From Anthoceros angustus (Eukaryota > Plantae > Anthocerotophyta): DNA of 64,000 nucleotides. The stretch's first letter is position 1. Each line of letters opens with the position of its first letter. Both the position numbers and the translations under genes were made by a program. The notes under the pieces were generated by a model. The model ran no database searches. It was not told the DNA's origin and saw only the letters and a program-made list of their open reading frames with translations. The DNA lies in assembly GCA_010909165.1 (NCBI GenBank), contig VJWM01000103.1, positions 682,001 through 746,000 on the forward strand. Reading direction: 5' to 3'. This document shows, in pieces, positions 1 through 14,021 of the stretch.

Positions 1-74
1 GTTGACCAGTGTCCGTTGAGCAAACTCTTATTCGTCATGACGAGGACTCATCAGCTCCCTGGCTATGCTGCCAG

Positions 75-531
75 GGCCGAAATCCGAGTGCAGTTTAGGC
101 ATGTTCCTGGAAACATATATAAGAGGAGCTTCGGCACCGACTTAGACCAGGCAACCAACGAGCTGGTGATCCGAGTCCAGCCGGATGAGGCCATCTATTT
201 GAAGATCAACAACAAGATCCCGGGGCTGGGCATGAGACTAGACCGGAGCAACCTCAACCTTCACTACGCTGACAGATACTCGGGCGAGATTCCTGATGCC
301 TACGAGCGACTGTTGCTGGACGCCATCGAAGGGGAGCGGCGCCTTTTCATCAGAAGCGACGAGCTGGATGCCGCCTGGGCCATCTTCACTCCCTTGCTGA
401 ACGAGTTGGAGTCCAAGCGGGTGGCACCGGAGCTCTACCCTTACGGCAGCCGAGGCCCCGCCGGAGCTCACTACCTTGCTGCCAAGTACAAGGTGAGATG
501 GGGCGATGTTGACACCGAAGCAGCGCAGTGA
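75..531 (+). CDS. G6PD: Glucose-6-phosphate dehydrogenase (plastidic type), last exon; gene begins upstream of window
   Basis: [13 protein letters not shown]...[25 protein letters not shown]...[25 protein letters not shown]...YPYGSRGP is the plant G6PDH C-terminus; acceptor CAG at 72-74, stop at 531. Confidence 0.95.
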
Positions 532-1544
532 GTCTCATTCCTTCATTTTTCTTGAAGATCCGGTTACGGGATGCCATAGGCGCAAGGAATTGCATAGACG
601 CAGACGACGCTCTTCAATTGTTGAAGTTCCAACATCTCGTGCTGTCATGTTGATATCTAAGACATCAACATGTGAGTCCGGTCTCCAGAAGCTTAGCCAT
701 TTAGAGATTGTAACAGACAATCCATCGTCCGCATCAGGCGATATAGATGCTCAGCTTGGTCATATCACGCACAGCGAAGCCAGTCGCGTTGCTGGTCGCA
801 AACATGAGCTGCAGGATCTAGCGGCCGGCTGCGAGAGTGTCCACAGAAGCGTCCGCAGTCAGAGATCAAGTCACATGATATGGAGTGTTTTGAGGTGGTC
901 TAGAAAATCCTAGATCTTCGACCCGTGGGTAAATATTTTAGGACTTTTTAGCAGGAAAGATAAATTGTGTTTATAGTTGAAAGTTTTAATTAGTGGTTTT
1001 TGTGACAGATTTTTCGTTATAATGGACTCATATCCCGCGGTGTTCTAGAATCAATGTTGATCCCAATTCCAACAACGAGGGTCAGAGGATCAGGCGAGTC
1101 CATTGTAGATTAGAGTTGTGGATACATATTGAGTCAGCTGGTAGGAGCTCGATCGTCCACTGAGCAAGCTTCCTCGGGCAAGCAGATTGTACGTGCAGCA
1201 CTCCACTCTGACCACTGCAAGTGCTTTTAACCGGCGTTCCTAGATGACATCGGCTTCAATTTCGATTACGCGTTGGGTGGTGCATCGAAGTAGCTTTGAT
1301 GACCACGGAAGTATGCTGGTTGGGATGTCAGTTACCATATAAAGGTCCGAGGACGTAAAACAATACCATATACGTCTAGGACTCTAATAATTTACAGGAA
1401 GTAGTTACCATTCCATTGGAGGAACTACCATAGATATGGAGGGTGCTCTACGAGCCTGTGCAAGAGTGACACTTTGTACGTTCTCTTCAAGCTTGCTTCC
1501 CGCGCAGCCGTGAACTGTACACAGCCTCTTCAAAAGATAGTCCT

Positions 1545-3760
<2,216 letters not shown>

Positions 3761-4218
3761 AGTTTCGATGTTGGCAAGCACTCTGTGCTGCGGCTTCAGT
3801 CTTTGGGCAGCTGTCCTTCGAGCTCGTCACTTACACAGGCCCCAGAATGCTCGAATTCTATGCCGTACGGGCCAACTTGGAATGGAGTGGCACAAGCTCC
3901 TGGCTCTCATCCCGGGAGAAGCTTTTTTCTGGGCTTATTCCTCTGTCAGGTAACTCCAGCTTCCTCGTAGACATGAGGCAGCTTAACAGTACTTATCAAC
4001 AACGTGGTTGCAGTCTAATTTTCTTTTTGGCCAAATGTACGGTAGTCTAATTTCGTAATTAAGATGTAGGTACCTAAGTACATGCACCTCTTTCTTTTCT
4101 ACTTACTGAGATGCTGAGATTGTGGAGTTTGCGGCTGGCATATGTTGTTGTGTTGTGTCTGTGCCCAATTTAAGTGGTTCTAATATGAGGTCTTGATATC
4201 CTGCCGCTATGGTATAGC

Positions 4219-4377
4219 GGTTAGTGGGTTACAATCTTGTTCCCATAACACCTTCACTGATCTAATTAGAGATGTTGTGGCTGTTGGTGGGATTGCTGGT
4301 TAGTGGGTTACAATCTTGTTCCCATAACACCTTCACTGATCTAATTAGAGATGTTGTGGCTGTTGGTGGGATTGCTG
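4219..4377. repeat. 79-bp tandem duplication (2 copies)
   Basis: ggttagtgggttacaatcttg...gtgggattgctg starts at 4219 and again at 4298. Confidence 0.95.
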
Positions 4378-4723
4378 CCATATCTCAGAAGCTGATTGTG
4401 ATGTAATACATACTTCCATAAAAGCCTTGTGTTGCTGGCGAATTTGGTTAGCATGAAGTTGTTGTTCTTTAAATGCACTCTTGAACCCTAAGGTATATCT
4501 CCAACTTATCAATAGCACTGCAATGGAATATAAAATTAAAAAAAAGGTACAAATCGACATGAGAATATGATTAGAGTTTGGTTCTATAAGTTGAAATTCT
4601 AGCCAAGGCATAAATTACTTCAGACTAATGATATTATTAAAAATAAATAAATTACGAATAATAACTCAAGTTCAAGATTTACAATCATAAGATCACCTTA
4701 GCTAAGGATATCAACATAATATC

Positions 4724-4900
4724 GTGCTCCTTCTTGTGGAGAGTGGTGGTGCTCCTTCCTAGGGAGAGTGGTGGTGCTCCTTCCTGTGGAGAGTGGTGGT
4801 GCTCCTTCCTGTGGAGATAGATGTTCCTTCCTGTGGAGAGTGGTGGTGTTCCTTCCGTGGAGTGGTGGTGCTCCTTCCTGGAGAGTTGTGTTCCTTCCTG
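4724..4900. repeat. ~25-bp minisatellite (gtggtgctccttcctgtggagagtg), about 7 degenerate copies
   Basis: Repeated gtgctccttcct/gtggagagtggtg units seen directly. Confidence 0.9.
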
Positions 4901-5449
4901 TAGTACCTATCTTGGGAGTGGTTTGTTTGAGGCGGTGCTCTCTTCGCTCGCGTATCTATATATTCAATCTTGATGTATGTGAGCTCCACTATATTCAAAT
5001 ATCATATATCCATCACAAAGCTTCTATGCTATGTCATCGAGGGCAATGATCTTGGCTAGGGCTCCTTTATCCTCAAGATGTTAAGCCTTATATATCAAGG
5101 AGCATATGAACTTATTATTAAAAGGAGCCGAGGATCTTTGTGTTGGCGAGAACTAGGGGTTGAACCCTCGGTGGAATATGTCTGCGTCGTTGGCGGATAA
5201 ATTGAAGATCCGAAGGCATAGAACCTTTTGAGGATAAAGTGAAGATTGACAAGGCATGGTACATCTTGGGTGACATGCGGTTCTTAAGCTATATGGAATG
5301 AGCCAATGGTTGGGAAGATATTTTCACATTCGAATCGAGGTGAAGATAAGGATGTTATCCAATTACAAGCTCATTATATTGGCGCTTTGAGTGCAGTGCT
5401 ACTGTGATTACATGCGAGGAGTTAATCTTTTATATATTGGCTACTTGGA

Positions 5450-5700
5450 GGCTAGGCCCTAGATGTTCTGGTGAGTGTTATGCAGGTGTTGCGTTTGAAT
5501 GCTAGGCCCTAGATGTTGCGGTGAGTGTTATGCCCTAGGTGTTGCGGTGATCTGGGCCCTAGATGTTGCGGTGAGTGTTATGCCCTAGATGTTGCGGTTG
5601 AGTGTTATGCCCTAGGTGTTGCGGTGAATGCTAGGCCCTAGATGTTGCGTTGAGTGCTATGCCCTAGGTGTTGCGGTTGCTAGGCCCTAGATGTTTGCGA
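5450..5700. repeat. ~26-33-bp degenerate tandem array (gccctagatgttgcggtgagtgttat)
   Basis: Core gccctagRtgttgcg recurs about 9 times; an extra copy lies at ~6475-6508. Confidence 0.9.
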
Positions 5701-8700
5701 TTGATTGATGGTTGATTGATTGTGTGATTGTTGTGAGCTCTATTACATGTTCGTGAGTCCATTTTCATCTGATTCTTTGCTTATACGCTTTTCGGTTGGG
5801 CTTCTTTCTCTGAGGATCTCACCGGCTTTTAGGTCTTGAGTTACAGTGTGGGCGTTAGTTTGGTGGTTGGCGGTGGTCACATGGGTTGCACCCCTCTTGG
5901 TGGGGCCCTTTGGCGGCCTTTTGGGGTTCGCCATACAGACTCAAACTCTGTATGTCCGGTCAGTGGGGTCATTTGCCCTCGGTCCCGGTACCTCTTGACC
6001 TGTTACCCTTCAAGCGCTTGCAGGCCCTTTTCGTCCCCATCCAATGGGGCGATCCACACCCTCCGTGATCAAGGACACTCCTTGTCGATCATGCTCAACT
6101 CTCTGCGTCAAGGGGTGAAAACTCACCTCGGGCACATGCATAAAGATTTCGACCGGACTACAGGCTGCCCAAGTGCCTGCGACCTCCTCCACGTCCATTG
6201 CCCGGCTTTGGCGCCGGTAGCTTTCTCCTTGTGGTGCCTCTTTCTTCACAGGAATGGTTGCGGTCGGTGGATCACATCCTTGGGATGTTGAAACCCGCTT
6301 TCCATGTCGCGTATCTTCCGAGCTTCCTCGGCACCTTCACGATGATGCCGTCGGCATTTCGTCTTCCCTAGATCGCCTTGCACTCGATCCGGGATGAGTT
6401 AGCTTGGTGTCTCCTCCTTCTTCTCCCGATGGTGTCTTGATTGCACTAGGGGAGCTTTGAAACCAGTGAAGTTGCTAGGCCCTAGATGTTGCGTTTGAAT
6501 GCTAGGGCTCTTGAGGAGGCATGCGTCTTTGCCAAGTCCGGGCGGAATCTGCTCGGCGGTTGGAGCAGTCTGGGGTAATGCAACAAACCTCTGCAAGTTG
6601 CTTGGCGGGTGAATATGCCCGTGCTGGGCTCTTGACCCGTCCCTTTGGCCTCGCTTGAAGAGACAATTGCTGCCCTCCGTGCCTCCATCCGCCACCTAAG
6701 GATGCCATTCTCCCGGACATATCCGACTATGTCCCAGAGGATCCCTTCTCCCTGGACCGGGCGGCTTTTGCTCTGGCTCTCTCCACAACCCCTCGTCTTT
6801 CATCTGCCGGTTTGTCGGGAATGGTGTTCGAACACCTTAGGGACCTCTTTCTCCCGAAGATCCATCTAGCGGCTTTCGAGCTCTTTTCTCAGGCTGCTGC
6901 GGTGGCTCGTGGAGAGATGCCTCACCGGTTGTTGTTCTTGCGGCTAGTAGGCTTGTCGCTATGGACAAGCACACTTTCAGGCGTCGCCCACTCGCGGTTG
7001 GGAGGCCTTCATGCGGCTACTCGGCCGCACTATCTCTGATCGCTCCCTTCTCCAAAGACTTCAACCCCTTCAATTTGGCATTGCCACTCAGTGCAGTGCA
7101 TGGTGCTAGGGGTGGCTTGCCTTGATACCCACCGGATTGGGTAGTCTTACGGTGGATGTCGAGCGCCTTCAATACCATTTCGGGCGTCATCTTTGAGGAG
7201 CTTAGGGATCTTGGCGGCGTCTAGAGTCTTATACCCTTTGTCCGGTGCTTCTACGGAGGTCCTCCAACCTCTACTACCGGCCACAAAACGTCTCTTGAGT
7301 TTCGCCGTCTCGTCTTGGAATCGGCCCGGGTACGAAAGGCGACCCGCTGGCGGTGCTCTCTTCGCTATTGCTCACTGCTCTGGGGCCACGCCCTCTCCAG
7401 CATGTCTTCCTTCGTTGGCGGCGATTCTCACATCCTCGGGCACAGGGACAAAGTCAAGGAGGCCTTTGAGATATTCTCTTAGAGCTTTCGTTGGTGGGCT
7501 TGAAGGTCAAGATGTCCAAGTGCAGCGTTTGGTCTCGTCGGGATCACCTACTCTGCGGTTTCTGCTGGGAGATTGCTCGGCTCTTGATGCAGTTCTTGGG
7601 GTCCCCTTTGGTTCCCAGACTTCATTGGGAGCTTCTGGACAAGGCCCTTGCAGAGGACCTCTCCCATATTGAAGACCTCCTTTCTTTGGAGGATGCTCGG
7701 GTGGCCTTTGGAATCCTTTCCTTCTGTTTTTGCTAGGCGCCACAGGTACCTCATTCATCTGTTGCCTCAGTCTCGGTCCTTTTGTCCCGGGTTTGATCTG
7801 AAGATTATGGATACTCTTGGGGACATCTTGGGCTCGGGGCTTTTGAGTGCCACAGGCGACACGGCAAGCATCCACACTGTGCAATTTGGGCGTGGGGCTC
7901 TCATCGAGGTCTCTTCCGGCGGCTTTCTTGGGAGTTGGGCCCTCTGCCTGCCTTGGCTTCCGTTTCATCCTCCATGACAAGCCCTTTCTCGAGGATCTCG
8001 TATCAAGTGTGGAGGAGGGAACCTTCTCTCTCAATCGTCCTTGAGGCGGGCCGGAGACATGTTATCGGATGCTCGGAAGGACTTCCCTCCTTTCTCTACA
8101 TTTATCAGATGGCTTTAGGGATTGCGAGGCATCTCGCCGAGAAGCGGCTCGGGGCTTTTCGATCATCCTCCGGGACCCCTCCATCTCCGAGTCCACTAGG
8201 CGGCTCGCTCTTGTTACAGGAAGGAGGCGGTGCAGCTCTTGGCCCGCCCATGCATCTGAGGATTTCACATCGCGCAACCACCTTCACTCTGCGATGCGAT
8301 TCCGTCTCGGCCTACTCCGGCTGTGGCTTCTTCGCTCCTCACTTGTGAGTGCGGCTCTGCTCTTGGCGTCTCTGGTGTCCACCTTGCTCGTTGTCCCCAC
8401 GTCATCGCATTGCCACTCATGGCGCCATCCGTGGCGTCATGTTTGCCATTGCTTTCGAAAGTGGCTATATGGCTGGAGGGGCGGGAGTATACTCTTCTTA
8501 CAGTCGTTCAATCGGCGGACTTATACCTTGTCGTGGCGACCGGTTGTGGTGGCGGATGTAGTGGTTCACCACGCGTGGCGCCACCTCCGCCAGTCATCAA
8601 ATCCTGCTTTGCCGTCTGGACTCTCAAGGTCCGTAAGTATAGCAGGATGCAAGCGGGCCACCTCTTTATCCGCTTGCTCTAAAGCGTATGGGGCAATGGT

Positions 8701-11172
8701 GAGGACTTTGACAAATTCATCAAGTCTTGTGCCAAAGCTTACCATCTTGTGAGCATAGTGCGGTCCCTCTCGTACTTCACATACTTCCGGCGGGTTTCTA
8801 TTGCTCTTCAGGCGCTCTCAGCGATTCTCCATAAGGCGGCGGCGGTGGGTGATGCCTTTTCCTCTTCCTCATGGTTTGCGGTAGTTTATTCTACACGCAT
8901 ATGACATTGTGAGTGCGATTGGTCACTTTAGGTAGGGAGCTCAGTTGCTCCTCTTCACTCTGACCCCCGGGTCCCCATTTGTTGTCCCTTCCTAGATGGT
9001 CTCTTTCCATCGTTCTTTCACCTCAATAAATCATTTCCTTAGCTAAGTACGTGCTATCCTGCAATAGAATGAAAGCAATATCCACAAAGATTTCAGACTA
9101 TATGCAATGCTACGAAAGCAATATCTACAAAGCAATTTAGTGACATGGACAAAAACATGGTGAAGTGTGCTACTTGTGAAGAGATCCTCCTCTTAACTTC
9201 TTGTTGGCTTATCATTTTGGGAGTTGCTAGTTGTCAAAAGTGTCATGATCTTTTGCTCCCAGTGTACACATGAGACGGTCATGATTGGCGAAGTCACTTA
9301 ATGCCTTTGCGGAGTGATCGAATGCTCCTCCAACTCAAGAGGAAGTACATACGTGCATGTGTACAAGTCGGAGTAGGAGTCGAAGTCCGGAGTTGTGACC
9401 ACAAACGGATTCGTCAAAAGCGGTACGAGAACTCAAATCTCGATTGTTCTCCTCTATACGTACATACTTTGCGGGGCATTAGATCGCAATTGTTCCTGGC
9501 AGCTGCTGTAAGCAGCATTCTTGGAGCACTGTAAAAGACAGAGTAGTGGTGAAGCATAAAGACCCATTTGACCCATTTGTTTGTGCGCTGGAGACTTGTT
9601 TTTTTGTTGTAAGTGGACAAGAGGTAACGGCGTCCAAGGAAGCTCAAGCCTGTCCAGGCTACGGTGCATGCGTAAGGCTCATACGGAATGTCAAGCCTTG
9701 TTTCTGATTGTGTGAAACCACGCCAGGCAGGCAGGCTTGACCTATGAACTATCCTGATGTCTTGTTAGTATGTTCGCAACATTCAAGTGACACGGCAGGT
9801 ACCCTGGCTGTCAAGCTAGATGATCCAACTAATTCCACCAGCTTCCATTCATGCAGCACGCCATTCAACGCACAAGGATTCAACAGACTGGAGATCTAGC
9901 AGCTCTTAATTCAGCAGCAGCCTGTAACCACAGCTGGCCGGAAGATCTTGCCCATGGGCCAATTGCTAAAACGCCTGCACTATTTCAGAGTACTCATGAG
10001 GAGGAGCGCTAGCGGCAGTGCTAGCCATGCTCACATTGGAGATACTGCATTCGCCTAAGTTCATCGAAAGTAATTAAAAGGCTCCACTGCCACCTCTTCG
10101 AGAGTTGCTCGCGCTGTCGTTGCTTCTTCCGCTCGTTCTATGCGGCGACATATAGAACCCTCAGGCTGGGCTCTGCTCTCTCCTCCAGCTGCGTTCCTTG
10201 GTTCTTGAGCGCAGGGTTGAGAGTCTGTACGGTCTTTCCCGTAAGATTCCCCCGGACCAAAGTATCGGGTTATCGGGTTCGAGGCATCGAGACGGGACAT
10301 CGATAGAGCATCAGGAGCAGTTTGTTTATTCTTTGTTTGATTTGTGTAGGTATTACTTGTGATTTCTGAATGATTCACTTCCCTTCCCGAGGCCGAATTA
10401 CAATGACTCCGACTGCGCAAACATGTACTTTTTATACATATCCATGTGTACAGATGTATGTAATGTTGTATGTATGTATGTATGTAGGTAAGTATGATGT
10501 GGCTAGAAAGGGCCAACGTTGAAATGGCGGCCTCGAAGGACAAGCACGATCCGGGTGGATCTGCAGGCCAGAGAAGTGTCAGATGCTGACAACCATAAAG
10601 AGCGGCAATGATGTAGATAGAGTATGACATTCCAGCGCACTGATTCCTGCACCCACCACTCCCGGGCAAGTGCCAAGATCTCGACACACTTTGGCATGCT
10701 GCCAGTGCGCAAGTCAAGCTTCCATCGCCTGCAGCCTGAGCTGACTGTGGGCCCTGTGTCCTACCCCGGCGAGCCTGCCGGCTGGCCCCGCCTGGGAGTC
10801 CCTTTTTCGAGGAACGTCGCCCAATCTAAATTTCTCCAAATTGAACAAGTCATTCTCCGGGATGGGGCACAGAAGGGGCTGCTAGTCTGGATGCCGGATG
10901 GGATCAGATCACAAGCAGGCTGGCTTGCTTGAGAGGGAAGCATGCATTTGACGAGATCCGGTATTCGCCACTGTTGAAACAGAAAACTACTCGGCAGGCC
11001 TGCGTCATTGGCATGGACGATGTCCCCGGCCTGCTAGTGGGATGCGGACGTGGGTGTAAACTTTCGGCACAATGGGTGTGGACTCGGGGGTCCGTCTGCC
11101 TCTCGCAGCGAGGCTCCGGAATTGTGGGTCTGTGAGATGCAGGGAGCTGACCCCTGACTTGCACAGACGGGG

Positions 11173-11919
11173 ATGATGGTGCTCTCCAGTCTGCTGTTGC
11201 GTGGGAAGAGCCCTCGGAACTCCGACTGCTGTGCCTACATTGGGTGCGGCCTCCTTGGAGGGATATGCTACTCTCTGCTGCTGTGGCTGCTCAACCAGTG
11301 CACCCACTGCTTCTACACTGACCTGGTGCTCCACATGGTTACGCATGCTCCCCACGCTAGGATCCTGGTTTTTGGGGGCCTTCTCATCTTGACAGCTCTG
11401 GCGGGAGCCTCGTATCAATACTCTCCCCTCTCCTCCGCCGGGTCCTTGCTTCTGGCTGTCGGGGCTGCCGTCTGTTTCAGCTTGATGCTGTACGATCCTC
11501 TGCACTTCGTCTTCTCTGTAGGTGCAGCTTTGGGTGTATGTCTGTTTCACGAGTCCTGGGCAAGTATGGGCCCTGTGAACGGAGCTACCAAATTCGTTTT
11601 CTATCTCGCCTCCGCAGGTAAGACGCGTTGGCCTGCCCTTTCTGGATCACTTCATTTCGTATTGGTACCGACGTTGTTGTGCTTGTCGCTCGGTTTTGTG
11701 GCAGTGATTTGGGGAGGGAATGTCTGGCTTGCCACGCATCTTTGTAGTGCGTACCTTTTGGTCACCTTTTCAGGTTTGATCGTTTGTTCCTTGATTAGCC
11801 CTGCAATTGTCGCAGCCTGGAGCCAAGGACGTGCCTGTAGTGTAGCTCACGAGGGCTGCTCCTCCGTCCAGCTTGACCAGGCCGCCCAAGCCCTTCTTCT
11901 GCAGATTAGTATTGTATAG
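11173..11919 (+). CDS. Uncharacterised multipass membrane protein (5' part uncertain or degraded)
   Basis: Several hydrophobic helices; in-frame 87-nt intron candidate 11618-11704 (G|GTAAGA...TGGCAG); upstream 10.5-11.1 kb ORF pieces are broken by stops. Confidence 0.5.
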   Translation: MMVLSSLLLRGKSPRNSDCCAYIGCGLLGGICYSLLLWLLNQCTHCFYTDLVLHMVTHAPHARILVFGGLLILTALAGASYQYSPLSSAGSLLLAVGAAVCFSLMLYDPLHFVFSVGAALGVCLFHESWASMGPVNGATKFVFYLASAGKTRWPALSGSLHFVLVPTLLCLSLGFVAVIWGGNVWLATHLCSAYLLVTFSGLIVCSLISPAIVAAWSQGRACSVAHEGCSSVQLDQAAQALLLQISIV

Positions 11920-12121
11920 ATCGGAACTTTAAACTCGCTTCAAATCCACAGCATCCCGACAGCTCGGTCAGGTAGCATCTTCACGGACTAGCTTCTAGAT
12001 GTGGCAGCAGCCGTCATTTTCATTGTCAAGCTAGGTGCAAGCCTGTTTTGCTTTCTGAAGAAATGCACTGTACAAGCACACGTAGCTCTAGCCCCAGAGG
12101 ACTTCCCTCACAAGACTCTGT

Positions 12122-12738
12122 TCACTTTCCAAGCATATTTGGAAGCAGAGCAGCAATTTGCTGAAAAGTTTCATCGACATTCCGGTGTAAGACACACTCG
12201 AATCCCAGCTCCTTTGCCACCTGCAAAATTCTCAGCGGTATCGTCGATGAAGATGGTGTCGTTGGGCTCAATCTTGGCCTCTTCGATGACATGCTTGAAA
12301 AGCTCCAGCTGGGGTTTGTGAATTCCAGCTTCCCAGGAAGGAAATGTCTGCTCCCGAGATGCCCAGCAATCCGGGTATTTTTGGAGCATATACTGCCAAT
12401 CCTCCCTCCCCATGTTGGACATGCAGAAGAGGTGAACATCCTGGTTTCTGCGCTTCACCTCTTGCACAAAGCCTACCATCTCGGCTAAGGGGCATACAGT
12501 GTCTCCGGTTCTCTCGATGGCCAACTCGATGTCAGCGAGGGGCAGTCCAAATCCGTCCCGTTTCGTACGCATGGGTTCGTCTGACCGGATGAGCCTCCAA
12601 AATCTGTCGGGATCCACGGGAGATACGTCTGCAGTAGTACTCCAGGTGAGCAACAATCCCCCAATGTCAAACACCAAGTTCTTGTATGCCCTTGCCGCAA
12701 CCAACCCCTTTCCAGTCCGGAGACGAGGACAACCGCAT
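12122..12738 (-). pseudogene. HAD-superfamily phosphatase pseudogene (YihX/fungal HAD-like type), intronless
   Basis: Motif I LVFDIGG, motif II MSN, motif III HKP, motif IV FIDD..EN; natural C-terminus LQVAKELGFECVLH is in another frame after an extra T (12225-12228); cap motif HAYETGRI off-frame; ATG at 12738 separated by an extra G (12705-12708). Confidence 0.75.
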
Positions 12739-12979
12739 AGGACGTTTGCGACCTGGAAAGGCCTCCGCCACGCTGCGAAACAGAAATGCAGTGAAGCAGC
12801 TGCGTAGTGGTTGGGGAATGCGTTTCAGCGCTTTGTCGTGGGTTTATGTGTTGTGTGCCACTATCTAGCTGGGCAGGTGTTGTGCAGCAAACTTTCACGA
12901 TCGCCCGTTGGAGCACGGGTGATGAGCGAACTTTCCCCCAACTCCAGTCCAGCTCTTGGATTATTAGGGCCAGATCGAG

Positions 12980-13619
12980 ATGTGGAGGACAGGAGCATCC
13001 CGGCTTTCCATTCTCCAGGCGGCGGTTTTGGAGTCGAAACAATCGTGGGGCCACGTTGCGCCGTTGAGGCAGGCTTTGGCTGCAGATGCTCCATGCCTGC
13101 GGGACGCCTTAGCAGGAAGTGAGCAACTGGTTCCATCCAGATCCTGGCACTGGGCAAGAGACGGGGCTTGGCATCCTCGTAGCTGGTGTGCTGGGCCGTC
13201 GGGGCTAGGGTTTGGTGCAGATGGTGGTCATGCTTTGGGAGGGAATGGCGGGGAAGGGGGTCTGCTTGCTGGCCCTCAGCCTCTGAGGGGGATGCAAGTG
13301 AGGCAGATCATGATCGACGTGAAGGACAACAACGTAGAAGCTGCTCTGCGGAAGTGGAAGAGGAAGATGAGGGAGGAGGGTCTCGTGACCCTCTACCGAG
13401 ATCAGCGCTACTGCGTGAAGCCGGCTGAGCAGCGGGTGCTGGATCGCAAGGCCAGGGACCTGAGAGTGGCGAAGAGGGAGTTCCGCTTCAAACTGAAATG
13501 GATCATGAACAGGCGATCCAGGTCGGTCTTGCTCCACCCTTTGCAAGGCTGTCTAGCAATGTTGCAGCCTCGCTCGTGGTGCACGTCTAACGTTTCATGG
13601 GTTTTGCAGAGGTTTCTGA
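12980..13619 (+). CDS. Mitochondrial ribosomal protein bS21 family with long presequence
   Basis: QVRQIMIDVKDNNVEAALRKWKRKMREEG...YCVKPAEQRV...KLKWIMNRRSR; intron 13522-13609 then R-G-F-stop. Confidence 0.85.
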
Positions 13620-13706
13620 GGCTTCTACATATCAGGATGCGTCAAGTTCCCTTTGCTGCAGGAAGGTTTTCTTGTTCTGCCCTACGACTGACACAGTTGC
13701 CGCAGG

Positions 13707-14021
13707 GGCTCTTGCCGCAGATAGCTGCTGTGGATGATTAGAATGGTCTATGAGTCATGTGTGTTCATAAACTGTCCATGTTCAGATGAGGTGAATGTGT
13801 GACAACTTGGAAGTCGTCTGGGTCGCCATGACTACCGCTCCTGAGGAGAACAGAGCCATTTACCATTTAGTTCGTGTGCCTGGTTTAGCTGGAACTGCCG
13901 TAGAGGCTCTTGCTGCAGATAGCTGCTGTTGATGCTTAGAGTGGTTCATGGGTCATGTCCGTTCAGACATTGTCCATGTTCAGATGAAGCGAATATGTGT
14001 GACAGCTTGGAAGTCGTCTGT
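13707..14021. repeat. Diverged direct duplication (~115-bp core, ~198-bp period) in bS21 3' flank
   Basis: ggctcttg...gcagatagctgctg...gttcagatga...cttggaagtcgtctg at 13707 and 13905. Confidence 0.85.

Larger units (their letters stand above)
4707..9036 (+). mobile_element. Degenerate non-LTR retrotransposon with restriction-like endonuclease (RLE; CRE-like); coding remnant ~5940-8935
   Basis: Frameshifted remnants in order: N-terminal Cys/His fingers (CPVSGVICP...HLGHMH), RT motifs LQPLQFGIAT, GVRxGDPxGGALFAIAH, LA(D)DxHILG, GLKVKMSKCSVWS, LGSPL; CECG...HLARCPH...IATHGAIRGVMFAIA knuckle; ADL...VVADVVV and KVRKY RLE motifs. Outer bounds come from an 11-bp direct repeat and are less certain. 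Confidence 0.8.

Noticed and set aside
5150-5172. tRNA B-box-like motifs (also ~10276 and ~34892)
   Set aside because: No cloverleaf or A-box context; no tRNA or rRNA gene supported in the window
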